Part shown: in pieces, positions 1 to 8,912 of the stretch
How positions within the stretch are numbered: position 1 is the stretch's first letter
How the letters are laid out: every line of letters starts with the position of its first letter
Assembly (NCBI GenBank): GCA_012729015.1
Contig: JAAYDY010000042.1
Span: forward strand, 77,608-141,607
Length of the DNA stretch: 64,000 bases
Source: Phycisphaerae bacterium
GTDB taxonomy: Bacteria; Planctomycetota; Phycisphaerae; FEN-1346; JAACEH01
Direction: 5' to 3'
The notes under the pieces: model-generated
The model's database searches: none
The model's input: the letters and a program-made list of their open reading frames with translations, nothing else
What the model was told of the DNA's origin: nothing
Position numbers and translations under genes: made by a program

Positions 1-337
1 CGTAGTGAGCCAGGGCAATCTTGTAGAGGCTGTCGCCGGGCTGGACCTCGTAGCCGCCCCGCGCCGCCGCATCGCGCTGTGAAGGCGGCGAGATTTCCTG
101 TCCGCGGGGCTCGTGAGGGCGAAGCACCAGGCCATCCACCCGAGGGCCAACCGACGGAGAACTCGTGTCCGGCGTCCGAACCACCGCGGGCAGAGTCCGC
201 GACGACGGCTGCTCAGCCACCGTGGAGGACGAATCCGCGCCGCCGTGGCCCCAGAGACCTGTGGCGAAGTAGACCACCACGCCGACAATGGCCGAGGCCA
301 CAAGCACAATGGCGACAATTGCCAGAAGACGTTTCAA
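1..337 (-). CDS. LysM peptidoglycan-binding domain protein, N-terminal part (runs off the window start)
   Basis: Not in the ORF track. Manual translation from TTG 337 (alternative GTG 343) gives MKRLLAIVAIVLVASAIVGVVVYF (membrane anchor), then in frame YEVQPGDSLYKIALAHY at the window edge, the start of a LysM motif. Confidence 0.8.
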   Translation of the reverse strand, partial: MKRLLAIVAIVLVASAIVGVVVYFATGLWGHGGADSSSTVAEQPSSRTLPAVVRTPDTSSPSVGPRVDGLVLRPHEPRGQEISPPSQRDAAARGGYEVQPGDSLYKIALAHY

Positions 338-500
338 GGGCACCCTCGCAGACCTGATCGGCACAAACCTTCCACCGCCCCATATTATCGACTTTCGAGA
401 CCGATGACTACAGTCGTGACGGGGATTTCCGCGAGGTCGCCCTGCCGGCGGCGAACGCTCCTGGCGACCCGCCGGCCGAGCACCCCAAGTCGGGCCGGAC

Positions 501-533
501 AAAGAAACGGGCGGCCCGTTCAGGACCGCCCGT
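501..533 (-). terminator. Intrinsic terminator downstream of secDF
   Basis: ACGGGCGG/CCGCCCGT stem at 507-533, followed on the minus strand by TTTCTTT, 30 bp after the secDF stop. Confidence 0.75.
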
Positions 534-563
534 CATATGCTGCCGGATAAAAACATCCGCCCA

Positions 564-3500
564 TCAGATCGCCGACGATCCGGTCTTCTGTGCGGCCGCA
601 GCCTTCCGCTTGCGAAGCAGCAGGAGCAGCGGACTGGCGATGGCAATCGAGGAGTAGGTGCCCCAGATAACGCCGAACATCAGGACGAAGGCGAAACCGT
701 GGACCGCAGACTGCACGCCGCCGAACAGGTACAGGATGAAGACGACGATGAACGTCGTAAACGACGTCATGATCGTTCGAGTCAGCGTCTGGTTGATGGA
801 CGCGTCGATGACGGACTCGGACAACTCGCCGAACTTGCCGCGGATCTCGCGGATACGGTCGAAGACGACGATCGTGTCGTTGAGCGAGTAGCCGATCAGC
901 GTCAGGAAGGCGCCGATCATGGGCAGGTCGATCTTCATCTCGCCGATCAGCGGCACGTTGCGGCCGAACCAGGAGAAGACGACGACCATGCCCAGGACGA
1001 TCGCGACGTCGTGGACCAGGGACAACACGGCCGCCAGGCCATAGCTGATGCGGGCGAACCGGAACCAGATGTAGAGGATGATGATGGCCAGCGACGCCGC
1101 GGCCGCATAGAGGGCCTGCCCCTTGGCCTCGTCGCCGATGCTCTTGGCGACCTTGGTGCTGATCAGGGCCGGGGCCTTGGCGATGCCGTTGCGAAGCGCC
1201 ACCTGCCATGCCTCGCGCGTGCGTTCAACGACCGCCTGATCGGTGGTGCCGAGCCGCGGGTCGTAGACATGGACAAGGAACTTCGAGTAGCCCCTGTCTC
1301 CCCTGGCAAGGCCGGGATAGGGCAGGATCTCCCGGGCCACCGACGCCTTGTCCGGCTCCTGATTCCTCAGGTACTCGTCGAGGCGCTTGGCAACATCCCG
1401 CACCGGACGCTCGTCGCCGACCAGGTCGATGGTGGCCTGAATGGACCCGACGTATTTCAGGTACTCGTTGAGGATCAGCTTGCTGCCGGCGGTGGAGGCG
1501 TCCAGGCCGCGGTTCTGCATCTGGAGCACCATGTCCTTGTCGAGGATGCGCGTCTCGACTTTGACCTGAAGCTCGCTGGTCTTGGCCAGCACGTCCCGGA
1601 ACCGCTGCCTGAGGGTCTCCTTGACGATTTCGTCGTCGCTGCTCAGGACACGGACGCTGTAGCGGCGATCGGCGAACTCGCCATCCCGATAGATGATCGG
1701 CTGGACAACAGCGCTGCCGTATCCCATGCTGAGAGTCGACGCCGGGACGGGGGCATTCTGGAGGGTCGTGGCGAAAGCCCCCGCCAGGTCCGCCGCCACC
1801 TTGGCAGTGTCGGCCGAGAAGACCTGAATCCGGTAACCGTGCCCCGTCACGACGCCTTCTTCGTCGGGCAACCCGATCACGAGGGCGTCGGCGTACTCGC
1901 CCGACAGGCCGGCCACCTTCTCACGGACCGCCGGAACGTCCGTGGCGTCTTTCAGCCACAGGGTCGCGACAACGCCGCTGTCGAGGCCTGCGACGCGGCT
2001 GCGGACGGCGTCAATCTGGACCGCCTCGGAGAAGTTGAGTTCGACGGCCGTGCCGCCACGGAACTCCATGGCGTACTTGTCCTCGCCGACGTAGGTGCTC
2101 ACGGCGATGCCCGTCACGACCAGGATGGCACTGAGGAAGATGCACGGCCTGGCCAGCCTCGTGAAACGAACCTGACCCGGCTTGACCAGCCGGGGCATCA
2201 TGCGCAGCGTCCGCAGCAGCCCGGCGCCCAGGAGCACGTCGAAGAGGACGCGCGTCACGAGCAGCGCCGTGAACATGCTGGTGACAAGACCGATGCAGAG
2301 CACGATGGCGAAGCCCTTGACTTCGGGGCTGCCGACGAAGGCCAGAATCACGCCCGTCAGGAACGTCGTCAGGTTGCCGTCGAAGATGGCCGGCAGAGCC
2401 CGCGAGTAGCCGTTGCGGATCGCCAGGCGGATGCTGCTGCCCCGCTCCAGTTCCTCGCGGATGCGCTCGAAGACCAGCACGTTGGCGTCCACGGACATAC
2501 CCACCGTAAGGATGAGGCCGGCGATGCCCGGCAACGTCCAGACGCCCTTCATCGTGTACATGATGACCACGATGATCACCAGGTTGAGCACCACGGCGAT
2601 GTCGGCCACCAGGCCGGCGAAGAAGTAGAAGAGAATCATGACCGCGATCACCGCCAGCAGAGCGATCCACGACGCAGTCAGGCCGCGGCTGATGTTGTCC
2701 TGGCCCAGTTCGGGGCCGACCTGCCGCTCCGACAGCAGCCGCAGATCCACGTCCAGCGAGCCCGACTGAAGCACGGTCAGGACTTCGTCGCGCTCCTGCG
2801 GGGAGTCGTAGCCTTCGATGATGCCGCCGGCATCCAGCTCAGCCCGGATGGACGGTGCGCTGGTCACTTTGCCGTCAAGCACGATGGCCATACGCTTGCC
2901 GATGTGGGGGCCGGTCAGGCCTCGCAGGTTGTTCCTGGCGCCCGGCTTCATGACGAAGTGGACAATGGGACGACCGTCCTGGGTATCTTTGGCCGTCTTG
3001 GCGAAATCCTCGCCCTCAACCACGGGAGTGTCACGCCGAACGAGCACCTCGACATCCGACAACTGCTCGGGCGCCGGTGCCGCCGCGGCGGTCTCAGCCG
3101 TCGCAGGCTCCGTCGCACTTTCAGCCGTCGTCGCCTCGCTACCGTCGTCGGGCTGGTCCGAGACCACCGTCGTGGCGGTTTCCGCCTTGCCGGCGTCGCC
3201 GGCCTGGTGAATGACGAAAATGGCCATTCCCTGGGCGGCCCCCGCAACGCCCGGGCGATAGAACGGGCTGACGTGGAGCTTCGCAGCCTCGTCGCGGCTG
3301 AGGTTGCCCAGGCTGAGGAATGCCGCGACGCGATCCCAGTCGGTCCTGGAGCTGTACTTCAGGGGCACCCATTCGAACCGGTCGAGCGGCTCACGCACGC
3401 CTTCGAGGCGGCGCTGGGCCAGTTCCTCAAAGTTCGGCACGTCCTCGGGGTCGGCCAGAAGGCGGAAGGTCAGGCGGCCGTTGCGGCCCAGCAGCCGCTT

Positions 3501-3824
3501 GACGGTCTGGACTTCCTCGGAATCGGAGCCCGCCATGCTGACTTCGATGCGGCCGGAGCCGATGCGACTGGTGATGGCGTAGTTCCGGGTGCCGGTCGGG
3601 TCAACGCGTCCCTTGAGCACCTTGATGATATCGTCCATGCGTTCCTGATCGGACTCGCCCACGACTTCGTACACCAGGTTGGTGCCGCCCTGGAGGTCGA
3701 TGCCCAGGCGGAAGTAGTCCTTGGCCGCCTTGAGCGGCTCGTCCTGGCGCGCCAAGTCGATGGCAGGAAGCGCGACGATCAGCGCCACAAACAGTATGGT
3801 GAACCAGAAGACCGTTCGATTCAT
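564..3824 (-). CDS. secDF: Fused protein translocase subunit SecDF
   Basis: RLGIDLQGG and TLPGIAGLILTVGMSVDANVLVFERIREE (SecD); EFRGGT and GYSLNDTIVVFDRIRE (SecF); directly downstream of yajC. Confidence 0.97.
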   Translation of the reverse strand: MNRTVFWFTILFVALIVALPAIDLARQDEPLKAAKDYFRLGIDLQGGTNLVYEVVGESDQERMDDIIKVLKGRVDPTGTRNYAITSRIGSGRIEVSMAGSDSEEVQTVKRLLGRNGRLTFRLLADPEDVPNFEELAQRRLEGVREPLDRFEWVPLKYSSRTDWDRVAAFLSLGNLSRDEAAKLHVSPFYRPGVAGAAQGMAIFVIHQAGDAGKAETATTVVSDQPDDGSEATTAESATEPATAETAAAAPAPEQLSDVEVLVRRDTPVVEGEDFAKTAKDTQDGRPIVHFVMKPGARNNLRGLTGPHIGKRMAIVLDGKVTSAPSIRAELDAGGIIEGYDSPQERDEVLTVLQSGSLDVDLRLLSERQVGPELGQDNISRGLTASWIALLAVIAVMILFYFFAGLVADIAVVLNLVIIVVIMYTMKGVWTLPGIAGLILTVGMSVDANVLVFERIREELERGSSIRLAIRNGYSRALPAIFDGNLTTFLTGVILAFVGSPEVKGFAIVLCIGLVTSMFTALLVTRVLFDVLLGAGLLRTLRMMPRLVKPGQVRFTRLARPCIFLSAILVVTGIAVSTYVGEDKYAMEFRGGTAVELNFSEAVQIDAVRSRVAGLDSGVVATLWLKDATDVPAVREKVAGLSGEYADALVIGLPDEEGVVTGHGYRIQVFSADTAKVAADLAGAFATTLQNAPVPASTLSMGYGSAVVQPIIYRDGEFADRRYSVRVLSSDDEIVKETLRQRFRDVLAKTSELQVKVETRILDKDMVLQMQNRGLDASTAGSKLILNEYLKYVGSIQATIDLVGDERPVRDVAKRLDEYLRNQEPDKASVAREILPYPGLARGDRGYSKFLVHVYDPRLGTTDQAVVERTREAWQVALRNGIAKAPALISTKVAKSIGDEAKGQALYAAAASLAIIILYIWFRFARISYGLAAVLSLVHDVAIVLGMVVVFSWFGRNVPLIGEMKIDLPMIGAFLTLIGYSLNDTIVVFDRIREIRGKFGELSESVIDASINQTLTRTIMTSFTTFIVVFILYLFGGVQSAVHGFAFVLMFGVIWGTYSSIAIASPLLLLLRKRKAAAAQKTGSSAI

Positions 3825-3942
3825 GGCTGTTGGCTATTCCCTTTTTCTAGAGTCGTCGGACCCGGCGGCGCCGGGCCGCGTGCGAGGGGCTTCGTCGCAC
3901 GTTCTGGAACTGCCGTCACACGTCACGTCCATGCACGGGCGA

Positions 3943-4434
3943 TCAGGCCTGCTTGGCGGCCTGGTCTTCTTCGTCGGTCAGCACCCGACCGACGTGCGTC
4001 TTCTCCACGCGGATGCGGACGTCGTTGCGCTCGTCGATCTTCAGCACGACGCCCGACTCGTCCACCGAGTAGACCACCCCGTGGATGCCGCCAATCGTCA
4101 CCACGTGGTCGTTCTTCTTCATGGCGCTGAGCATCTCGCGCCGCTTCTTCTCCTGCTTCTTCTGCGGGCGGAACATGACGAAGTACAGCACCACCAGCAT
4201 CACGCCCATCATCAGCAGCATCGACGGCTGGAACCCGCCCGGAGCGCTGTTCTGCGGACCGTTGCCGCCGTCGATTTCCTCGGCCACTTTGGTGCCGGTG
4301 ACGTGTTCTTCGCCGCCGGCAGCCCCTTCGGCCCCGTCGCCCGGGGCGGGCTGGGCAGTCGCTTCAGCAGCCGCCGGGGCGCTCGGCGCCGGAGTTTCCG
4401 TCGTTTCCTGAGCCAATATCACGAATCCGGACAT
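3943..4434 (-). CDS. yajC: Preprotein translocase subunit YajC
   Basis: YFVMFRPQKKQEK...KKNDHVVTIGGIHG motif; lies between tgt and secDF; GGAGG RBS. Confidence 0.95.
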   Translation of the reverse strand: MSGFVILAQETTETPAPSAPAAAEATAQPAPGDGAEGAAGGEEHVTGTKVAEEIDGGNGPQNSAPGGFQPSMLLMMGVMLVVLYFVMFRPQKKQEKKRREMLSAMKKNDHVVTIGGIHGVVYSVDESGVVLKIDERNDVRIRVEKTHVGRVLTDEEDQAAKQA

Positions 4435-4500
4435 GACACCTCCTTAGCATAGAGCATCTGCGCAGGCAGATGCAGACCGCGTACTATAGCTGCCGGGAAC

Positions 4501-5613
4501 CTATGAATCAACGCTTTTCAGGAACTCTTTTTCGTACTCGGCCAGCCGTCCGGCCCGGATGGCCTCGCGGATTCGGGCCATGAACCGCGCAAAAAACCGC
4601 AGGTTATGCAGGCTGGTCAGGATGGGGCCAAGCATCTCCCCCACCTGGAAGAAATGGCGAATCGCCCCACGGCTGAATCCGCGGCACGCCGGGCAATCGC
4701 AATCGGCCTCAATCGGGCCGCCGTCGCCCTCGTACTGCTGGTTACGCAGCCGCAGAATCCCCGAAAACGTGAACGCCGAGGCGTTGCGACCGTTCCGCGT
4801 CGGCAGGACGCAGTCGAACATGTCCACGCCGCGCCGGATAGCCCCGAGGATATCCCGCGGCTGGCCCACGCCCATCAGGTACCGCGGCCGGTCGGCCGGC
4901 AGTTCCGCCGCCGCCGAGTCCACGGCCCGCATCATGATCTCGTGCGGCTCGCCGACGCTCACCCCGCCGATGGCGTAGCCCGGCGACGGCACCTCGGCCA
5001 CCAGGCACCTGGCGGCCTGACGTCGCAGGTCGTCGAACTCGCCGCCCTGGACAATCGGAAACAGGGCCTGACGGTCGCTCGTCCGGTGGGCGTCGCGGCA
5101 TCGCCGAGCCCACAGCAGCGTCCGTTCCGTGGCCTCCTCCACCTCCGACCGCGACGCAGGATACGGCGGGCACTGGTCCAGCGCCATGACGATGTCGGCT
5201 CCGATGGCGGCTTGGGTTTCGATGCAGTTCTCGGGCGTCATCCGCAGGGCGGCCCCGTCGATGTGGCTGCGGAACTCGACGCCGTCGTCGTCCACGGTGC
5301 GCAGGTTCGACAGGCTGAAGACCTGGAACCCGCCGGAATCGGTCAGCACCGGACCATTCCACCCCATCATGGCCTGAATGCCGCCCAGGCGGCCGACCAC
5401 GTCGGCGCCCGGCCGCAGGGCCAGATGGTAGGTGTTGGCCAGGAGTATCTCCGCACCCAGGTCGCGCAGGTCCCGCGGCAGAAGACCTTTGACCGAGGCG
5501 CGGGTGCCCACGGGCATGAACGCCGGCGTCCGGAACGTGCCGTGAGGCGTCGAGAACTCGCCTGCCCTGGCGGCCGAGGAACCGTCGCGATGATGAATCT
5601 GAAAGTCGAACAT
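4501..5613 (-). CDS. tgt: tRNA guanosine(34) transglycosylase
   Basis: TPAFMPVGT, LANTYHL, TDSGGFQVFSL, DMFDCVLPTRNGRN and the CDCPAC...H zinc site. Confidence 0.98.
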   Translation of the reverse strand: MFDFQIHHRDGSSAARAGEFSTPHGTFRTPAFMPVGTRASVKGLLPRDLRDLGAEILLANTYHLALRPGADVVGRLGGIQAMMGWNGPVLTDSGGFQVFSLSNLRTVDDDGVEFRSHIDGAALRMTPENCIETQAAIGADIVMALDQCPPYPASRSEVEEATERTLLWARRCRDAHRTSDRQALFPIVQGGEFDDLRRQAARCLVAEVPSPGYAIGGVSVGEPHEIMMRAVDSAAAELPADRPRYLMGVGQPRDILGAIRRGVDMFDCVLPTRNGRNASAFTFSGILRLRNQQYEGDGGPIEADCDCPACRGFSRGAIRHFFQVGEMLGPILTSLHNLRFFARFMARIREAIRAGRLAEYEKEFLKSVDS

Positions 5614-5641
5614 GCGTCGCCGCTCCGCGCGCCGCGTGGCG

Positions 5642-6934
5642 TCAGTACACCCGAATCAGCTTGCTGCCCGGGTAGTAGTAATAGAGTATGCCCTCGGCGC
5701 GACGGCCGAGGCTGGCCTGCTTCTCGGCGCCGTACTGGCTCATGCCGATGCCATGACCGTAGCCGCGACCCGAGACCACCGCCACGCCGTCCTCGAGGCG
5801 AACGTCGAAGCGATCCGACCGGAACGGGGTTTCCGGCGGAAACTGCTTCTTGAACACGGAAACCGGGATTTCCCAAAGCCGGTCGGGCGACTCGGATGTC
5901 CAGAGGTTGACCCACCGGACGCGTCCGTCTTCGGTGCGGGCACGGTCGCCCGACTCGGCGACGGCAATCGCCTTCACGCCGCGCGCGGCCTCCATGACCT
6001 TGTTCGTGGCCCGCAGGTTCTTGAGCAACTGCTCGGCATCCTGGCGAATCTCCCACCGGTAGTTGGGCGCGTCGCTGCTGTAGCTGCAAGCCACGCCCAT
6101 CAGGGGCGGAATCCGCGGCGCCTTCGGGAAGAGCTGGTACGCCGCCACGGCCTGACCACCGCTGGTGCTGTGATAGAATGTCTCGAAGAGTCTGGGGCCG
6201 CTGCCGCCATCATAGGTCAGGACAACGCCTTGCGTCTGGCGGACGGCCTCGCGGGCCTTCTCGGTCTCGCTGGCGGCCCCTTCCTGGTACGCCTGGCTGC
6301 GGCCGCTGCTGTCATAGACGTCGAAGGACCGGCCCGACGGCACATTCTTCATGTGATAGAGGGCGAAGGTCCGGGCGGCAATGGCCTGGGCCTTGTGCGT
6401 CTCGATGTGCCATTTGCCCAGGAGCTCCTTGCCGACCACGCTGACCAGGTACTGCTCCAAGGGGAGGACATTCACCAGGGACACCTTGTCACTGTCGGCG
6501 CTGACGCGCAAGGTGCCGCGGAACACGGGTTGCCGGGCCGTCGGGCTCGGGGCGGGAAACACGATGCGGGCCTCCTCCACGTGGGCCGGCACAATAACCA
6601 CATGGCCGCTGTCGAGGGGCTGCTCGTTCAGGAAGAGCTTGCCACCCTTGACCGAGAAGCTCGCCCCGGCCAGTTCCTCCCCCTGCCCGAGCATCTTGCC
6701 GCTGAGGCGATCATACATCTGGTATCGATCCAGCACGTTCACGAGCCGCGAGGGCGTGTCCTCGCCGATCTTCACGCGGATGTACGGCCCCGCCAGGGAC
6801 GCCTCGCCTGGAATCTCGACGGACGGCTCGGGACGGCACCCCGTCAACCAGACACAGAGCCACACCAGAGCCGCCGGTCCCGCCAGATAGCGCAACCGCG
6901 ACGCGCTAGCCGCAGCCGTGACGCGATGGAACAT
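5642..6934 (-). CDS. SpoIID/LytB domain lipoprotein (lytic transglycosylase-like)
   Basis: NVLPLEQYLVSVVGKE, KAQAIAARTF and GRGYGHGIGMSQYGA...ILYYYYPG motifs; lipobox-like LTGC. Start placed at ATG 6934. Confidence 0.9.
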   Translation of the reverse strand: MFHRVTAAASASRLRYLAGPAALVWLCVWLTGCRPEPSVEIPGEASLAGPYIRVKIGEDTPSRLVNVLDRYQMYDRLSGKMLGQGEELAGASFSVKGGKLFLNEQPLDSGHVVIVPAHVEEARIVFPAPSPTARQPVFRGTLRVSADSDKVSLVNVLPLEQYLVSVVGKELLGKWHIETHKAQAIAARTFALYHMKNVPSGRSFDVYDSSGRSQAYQEGAASETEKAREAVRQTQGVVLTYDGGSGPRLFETFYHSTSGGQAVAAYQLFPKAPRIPPLMGVACSYSSDAPNYRWEIRQDAEQLLKNLRATNKVMEAARGVKAIAVAESGDRARTEDGRVRWVNLWTSESPDRLWEIPVSVFKKQFPPETPFRSDRFDVRLEDGVAVVSGRGYGHGIGMSQYGAEKQASLGRRAEGILYYYYPGSKLIRVY

Positions 6935-7008
6935 CGAGAGAGCCTTTCCTGGGAATGGGGTTGCCGGGGGCACGGCCTTCGCGCCCGCATCGTTCCTGTC
7001 ATCGGCAA

Positions 7009-7596
7009 TCAGCCGGGCCGCACATCAGGACATTGGTCCGAATCGTGGCCCTGGCCGCGGTACACGTGCAGGCCGGTGTCCTTGTAGCGCTGGTACTCGC
7101 TGAAGATGCAGCCACAGTACTGCTGACGATAGAGGTTGCGCCGCCGGGCCTCCTCGTGGGCGGGTTCGGCCAGATGTCGCCAGTCGAAGTAGGCGAACGG
7201 CACGCCGACGGCGTCGGCCACCTCCTCCCCGACACGGCGCACCACGTCGTGCTGCTGGTGGCGGCTGACGAGCAACGTAGTGGTGAAAGCCTCGTCGCCT
7301 CGCCGGCGGGCAAGTTCGGCCGTCCGCAGCAGCCTCATGCGGTAGCACTGTTCGCAGCGACGGGCGGCACGGCGGTCCACCGTGTCGAGGAACGCGTCGA
7401 GCCCGTACTGCTCGTCGCAGACGGTCTCGATGCCCTCGCAATCGGCCAGAAGGCGGAACGCCTTGAGGCGACGGCGGAACTCGATCAGCGGATGGATGTT
7501 GGGATTGTAGAAGTAAGCGACAAGGCCCCGCTCGCGCAGCCCGTCGAGCGGGCCGAGCAGGCACTCCGCACAGCAGGCATGAACGAGCAGGGCCAT
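7009..7596 (-). CDS. queH: Epoxyqueuosine reductase QueH (DUF208)
   Basis: LLVHACCAEC, FYNPNIHP, RCEQCYRMRL, FTTTL and LYRQQYCGCIFS motifs. Confidence 0.93.
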   Translation of the reverse strand: MALLVHACCAECLLGPLDGLRERGLVAYFYNPNIHPLIEFRRRLKAFRLLADCEGIETVCDEQYGLDAFLDTVDRRAARRCEQCYRMRLLRTAELARRRGDEAFTTTLLVSRHQQHDVVRRVGEEVADAVGVPFAYFDWRHLAEPAHEEARRRNLYRQQYCGCIFSEYQRYKDTGLHVYRGQGHDSDQCPDVRPG

Positions 7597-7604
7597 GAGA
7601 TCGG

Positions 7605-8591
7605 CTATTCTTTGAGCGACAGTCCGTAACGCCTGAGCTTCTGCTTGACCTCATTGAGCGATGTCTGGCCGAAATTCTTGGAGTTCAGCAGGTCGGCCTC
7701 GGTGATGCCCGCCAGGTCGCTCAGGGTATTCAGCGACAGCCGCTGGAAACACTTGCGGCAACGGATCGAAAAATCGATGGTTTCCAGGAGGATATCGGCC
7801 ACGGGCGACGTTGCGGCAGGCGCCTCGACGGCCACGGGGCGCTTGGGCGGCTGCTTGACGGTCTGCTGCTCCAGCCCCATGCCGAGATAGAGGCCCTTGG
7901 AGGCGAGCATCTCCTTGATCTCGGCCAGCGACGTTTCGCCGAAGTTCTTGTACGACAGCAGGTCGGCCTCCGTGTGCATGATGAGGTCGCCGAGGGTATG
8001 GACGTTCATCTTCTTGAGGCAGTTGCGGCTTCGGACCGAGAGCTCGAAATCGGTGACGGGGATTTCGAGCACCTGGTTGCGCCGGTCGCGGCGGCGTTCC
8101 TGCTCCTCGTCGTAGAACATGCCCATGGCAGCCTGGGCGTCGCGCAGGGCCAGTCGAGCCCGGGCGTGGTTGGGATTGAATTCGAGCACCTTGCGATAGC
8201 ACTCGACGGCCTTTTCGTAGGCGGCCGGATCGGCGTAGCCGCGCTCCTCGTAGAGCATGCCGAGGTTCAGCATGGCGGCATGGTCGCGCGGGTAGGCTTT
8301 GACGCAGGCGTCGTAGCATTCCATGGCCCTGGCTTCGTCGCCGCGCAGATCGCACAGGTAGCCGAGCCGGAACCGGGCCGCACGGAAATGCGGATTGGCC
8401 GCCAGGGACGCCTCGTAGGCGGCCAGCGCCTCGTCGTATCGTCCCAGGTCTTCCAGCGTGCGACCGAGCGCGTACTGGTGCCTGGCGACATCGTCGGCCT
8501 GCGGCTTGATCTTCGTAAGCACCTTCAGCGACGCCTCGGCATCGCCCTGGCTTCTCATCTGCTCGGCCTTCTGAAGCTCACTGTCAGCCAT
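7605..8591 (-). CDS. TPR protein with two RNA polymerase alpha C-terminal domains
   Basis: N-terminal TPRs, then LEIPVTDFELSVRSRNCL...KNFGETSLAEIKEML and DFSIRCRKCF...KNFGQTSLNEVKQKL. Start at ATG 8591 after GAGGAG. No alpha-NTD, so this is not rpoA. Confidence 0.9.
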   Translation of the reverse strand: MADSELQKAEQMRSQGDAEASLKVLTKIKPQADDVARHQYALGRTLEDLGRYDEALAAYEASLAANPHFRAARFRLGYLCDLRGDEARAMECYDACVKAYPRDHAAMLNLGMLYEERGYADPAAYEKAVECYRKVLEFNPNHARARLALRDAQAAMGMFYDEEQERRRDRRNQVLEIPVTDFELSVRSRNCLKKMNVHTLGDLIMHTEADLLSYKNFGETSLAEIKEMLASKGLYLGMGLEQQTVKQPPKRPVAVEAPAATSPVADILLETIDFSIRCRKCFQRLSLNTLSDLAGITEADLLNSKNFGQTSLNEVKQKLRRYGLSLKE

Positions 8592-8647
8592 ATTCGCCGG
8601 CTCCTCATGAAGGATGCGGTCATCGGTTATCACGAACAAGACCCGGC

Positions 8648-8676
8648 ATTATACAGACGGCCTCCGAAAAATGCAA
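8648..8676 (-). promoter_or_regulatory. sigma70-type promoter of the alphaCTD-queH-tgt-secDF operon
   Basis: Minus strand TTGCAT-17-TATAAT. Confidence 0.7.
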
Positions 8677-8699
8677 CCCCGTCGCAGCCTGCCTCACGG

Positions 8700-8797
8700 G
8701 GTGCATTGACGTTTTGGGGGCCGTACCGTGGCATGGGCATCCTGCCCATGAGTGGCAGGGGCATCTTGCCCCTGCTTCCCCAAAACGTTAATGCACC
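8700..8797. repeat. ~98-bp palindromic MITE/REP-like element, copy 1
   Basis: Terminal inverted repeats GGTGCATTGACGTTTTGGGG / CCCCAAAACGTTAATGCACC (19/20 match) enclose two hairpins, CATGGGCATCCTGCCCATG and CAGGGGCATCTTGCCCCTG. Confidence 0.9.
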
Positions 8798-8814
8798 GTG
8801 CCCCACGCAACAGC

Positions 8815-8843
8815 TTGACAGGCGGCGGCGGGCCTTCTAGACT
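8815..8843 (+). promoter_or_regulatory. sigma70-type promoter
   Basis: TTGACA-17-TAGACT upstream of the methyltransferase gene. Confidence 0.6.
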
Positions 8844-8912
8844 CGGCCGGCTCGGCGGAGGAGGCCATGGGGGGCTTCTCCGAGGGCCAGCCGTACCCAG
8901 GAGGCCGTTGTC

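Noticed and set aside
537-4130. 1197-aa plus-strand ORF and similar long antisense ORFs (13597-17007, 54156-56768, 10428-12431)
   Set aside because: These are shadow ORFs opposite well-supported genes, expected in high-GC DNA, and show no recognisable motifs.
4501-5613. Tgt as a queuine-salvage enzyme, which would explain the missing queA
   Set aside because: It retains DQC (Cys158 equivalent) and GGVSVGE (Val233 equivalent), typical of preQ1-inserting bacterial Tgt.
7605-8639. Calling this gene rpoA
   Set aside because: It has no alpha N-terminal assembly domain and is not in the rpsK-rplQ context.
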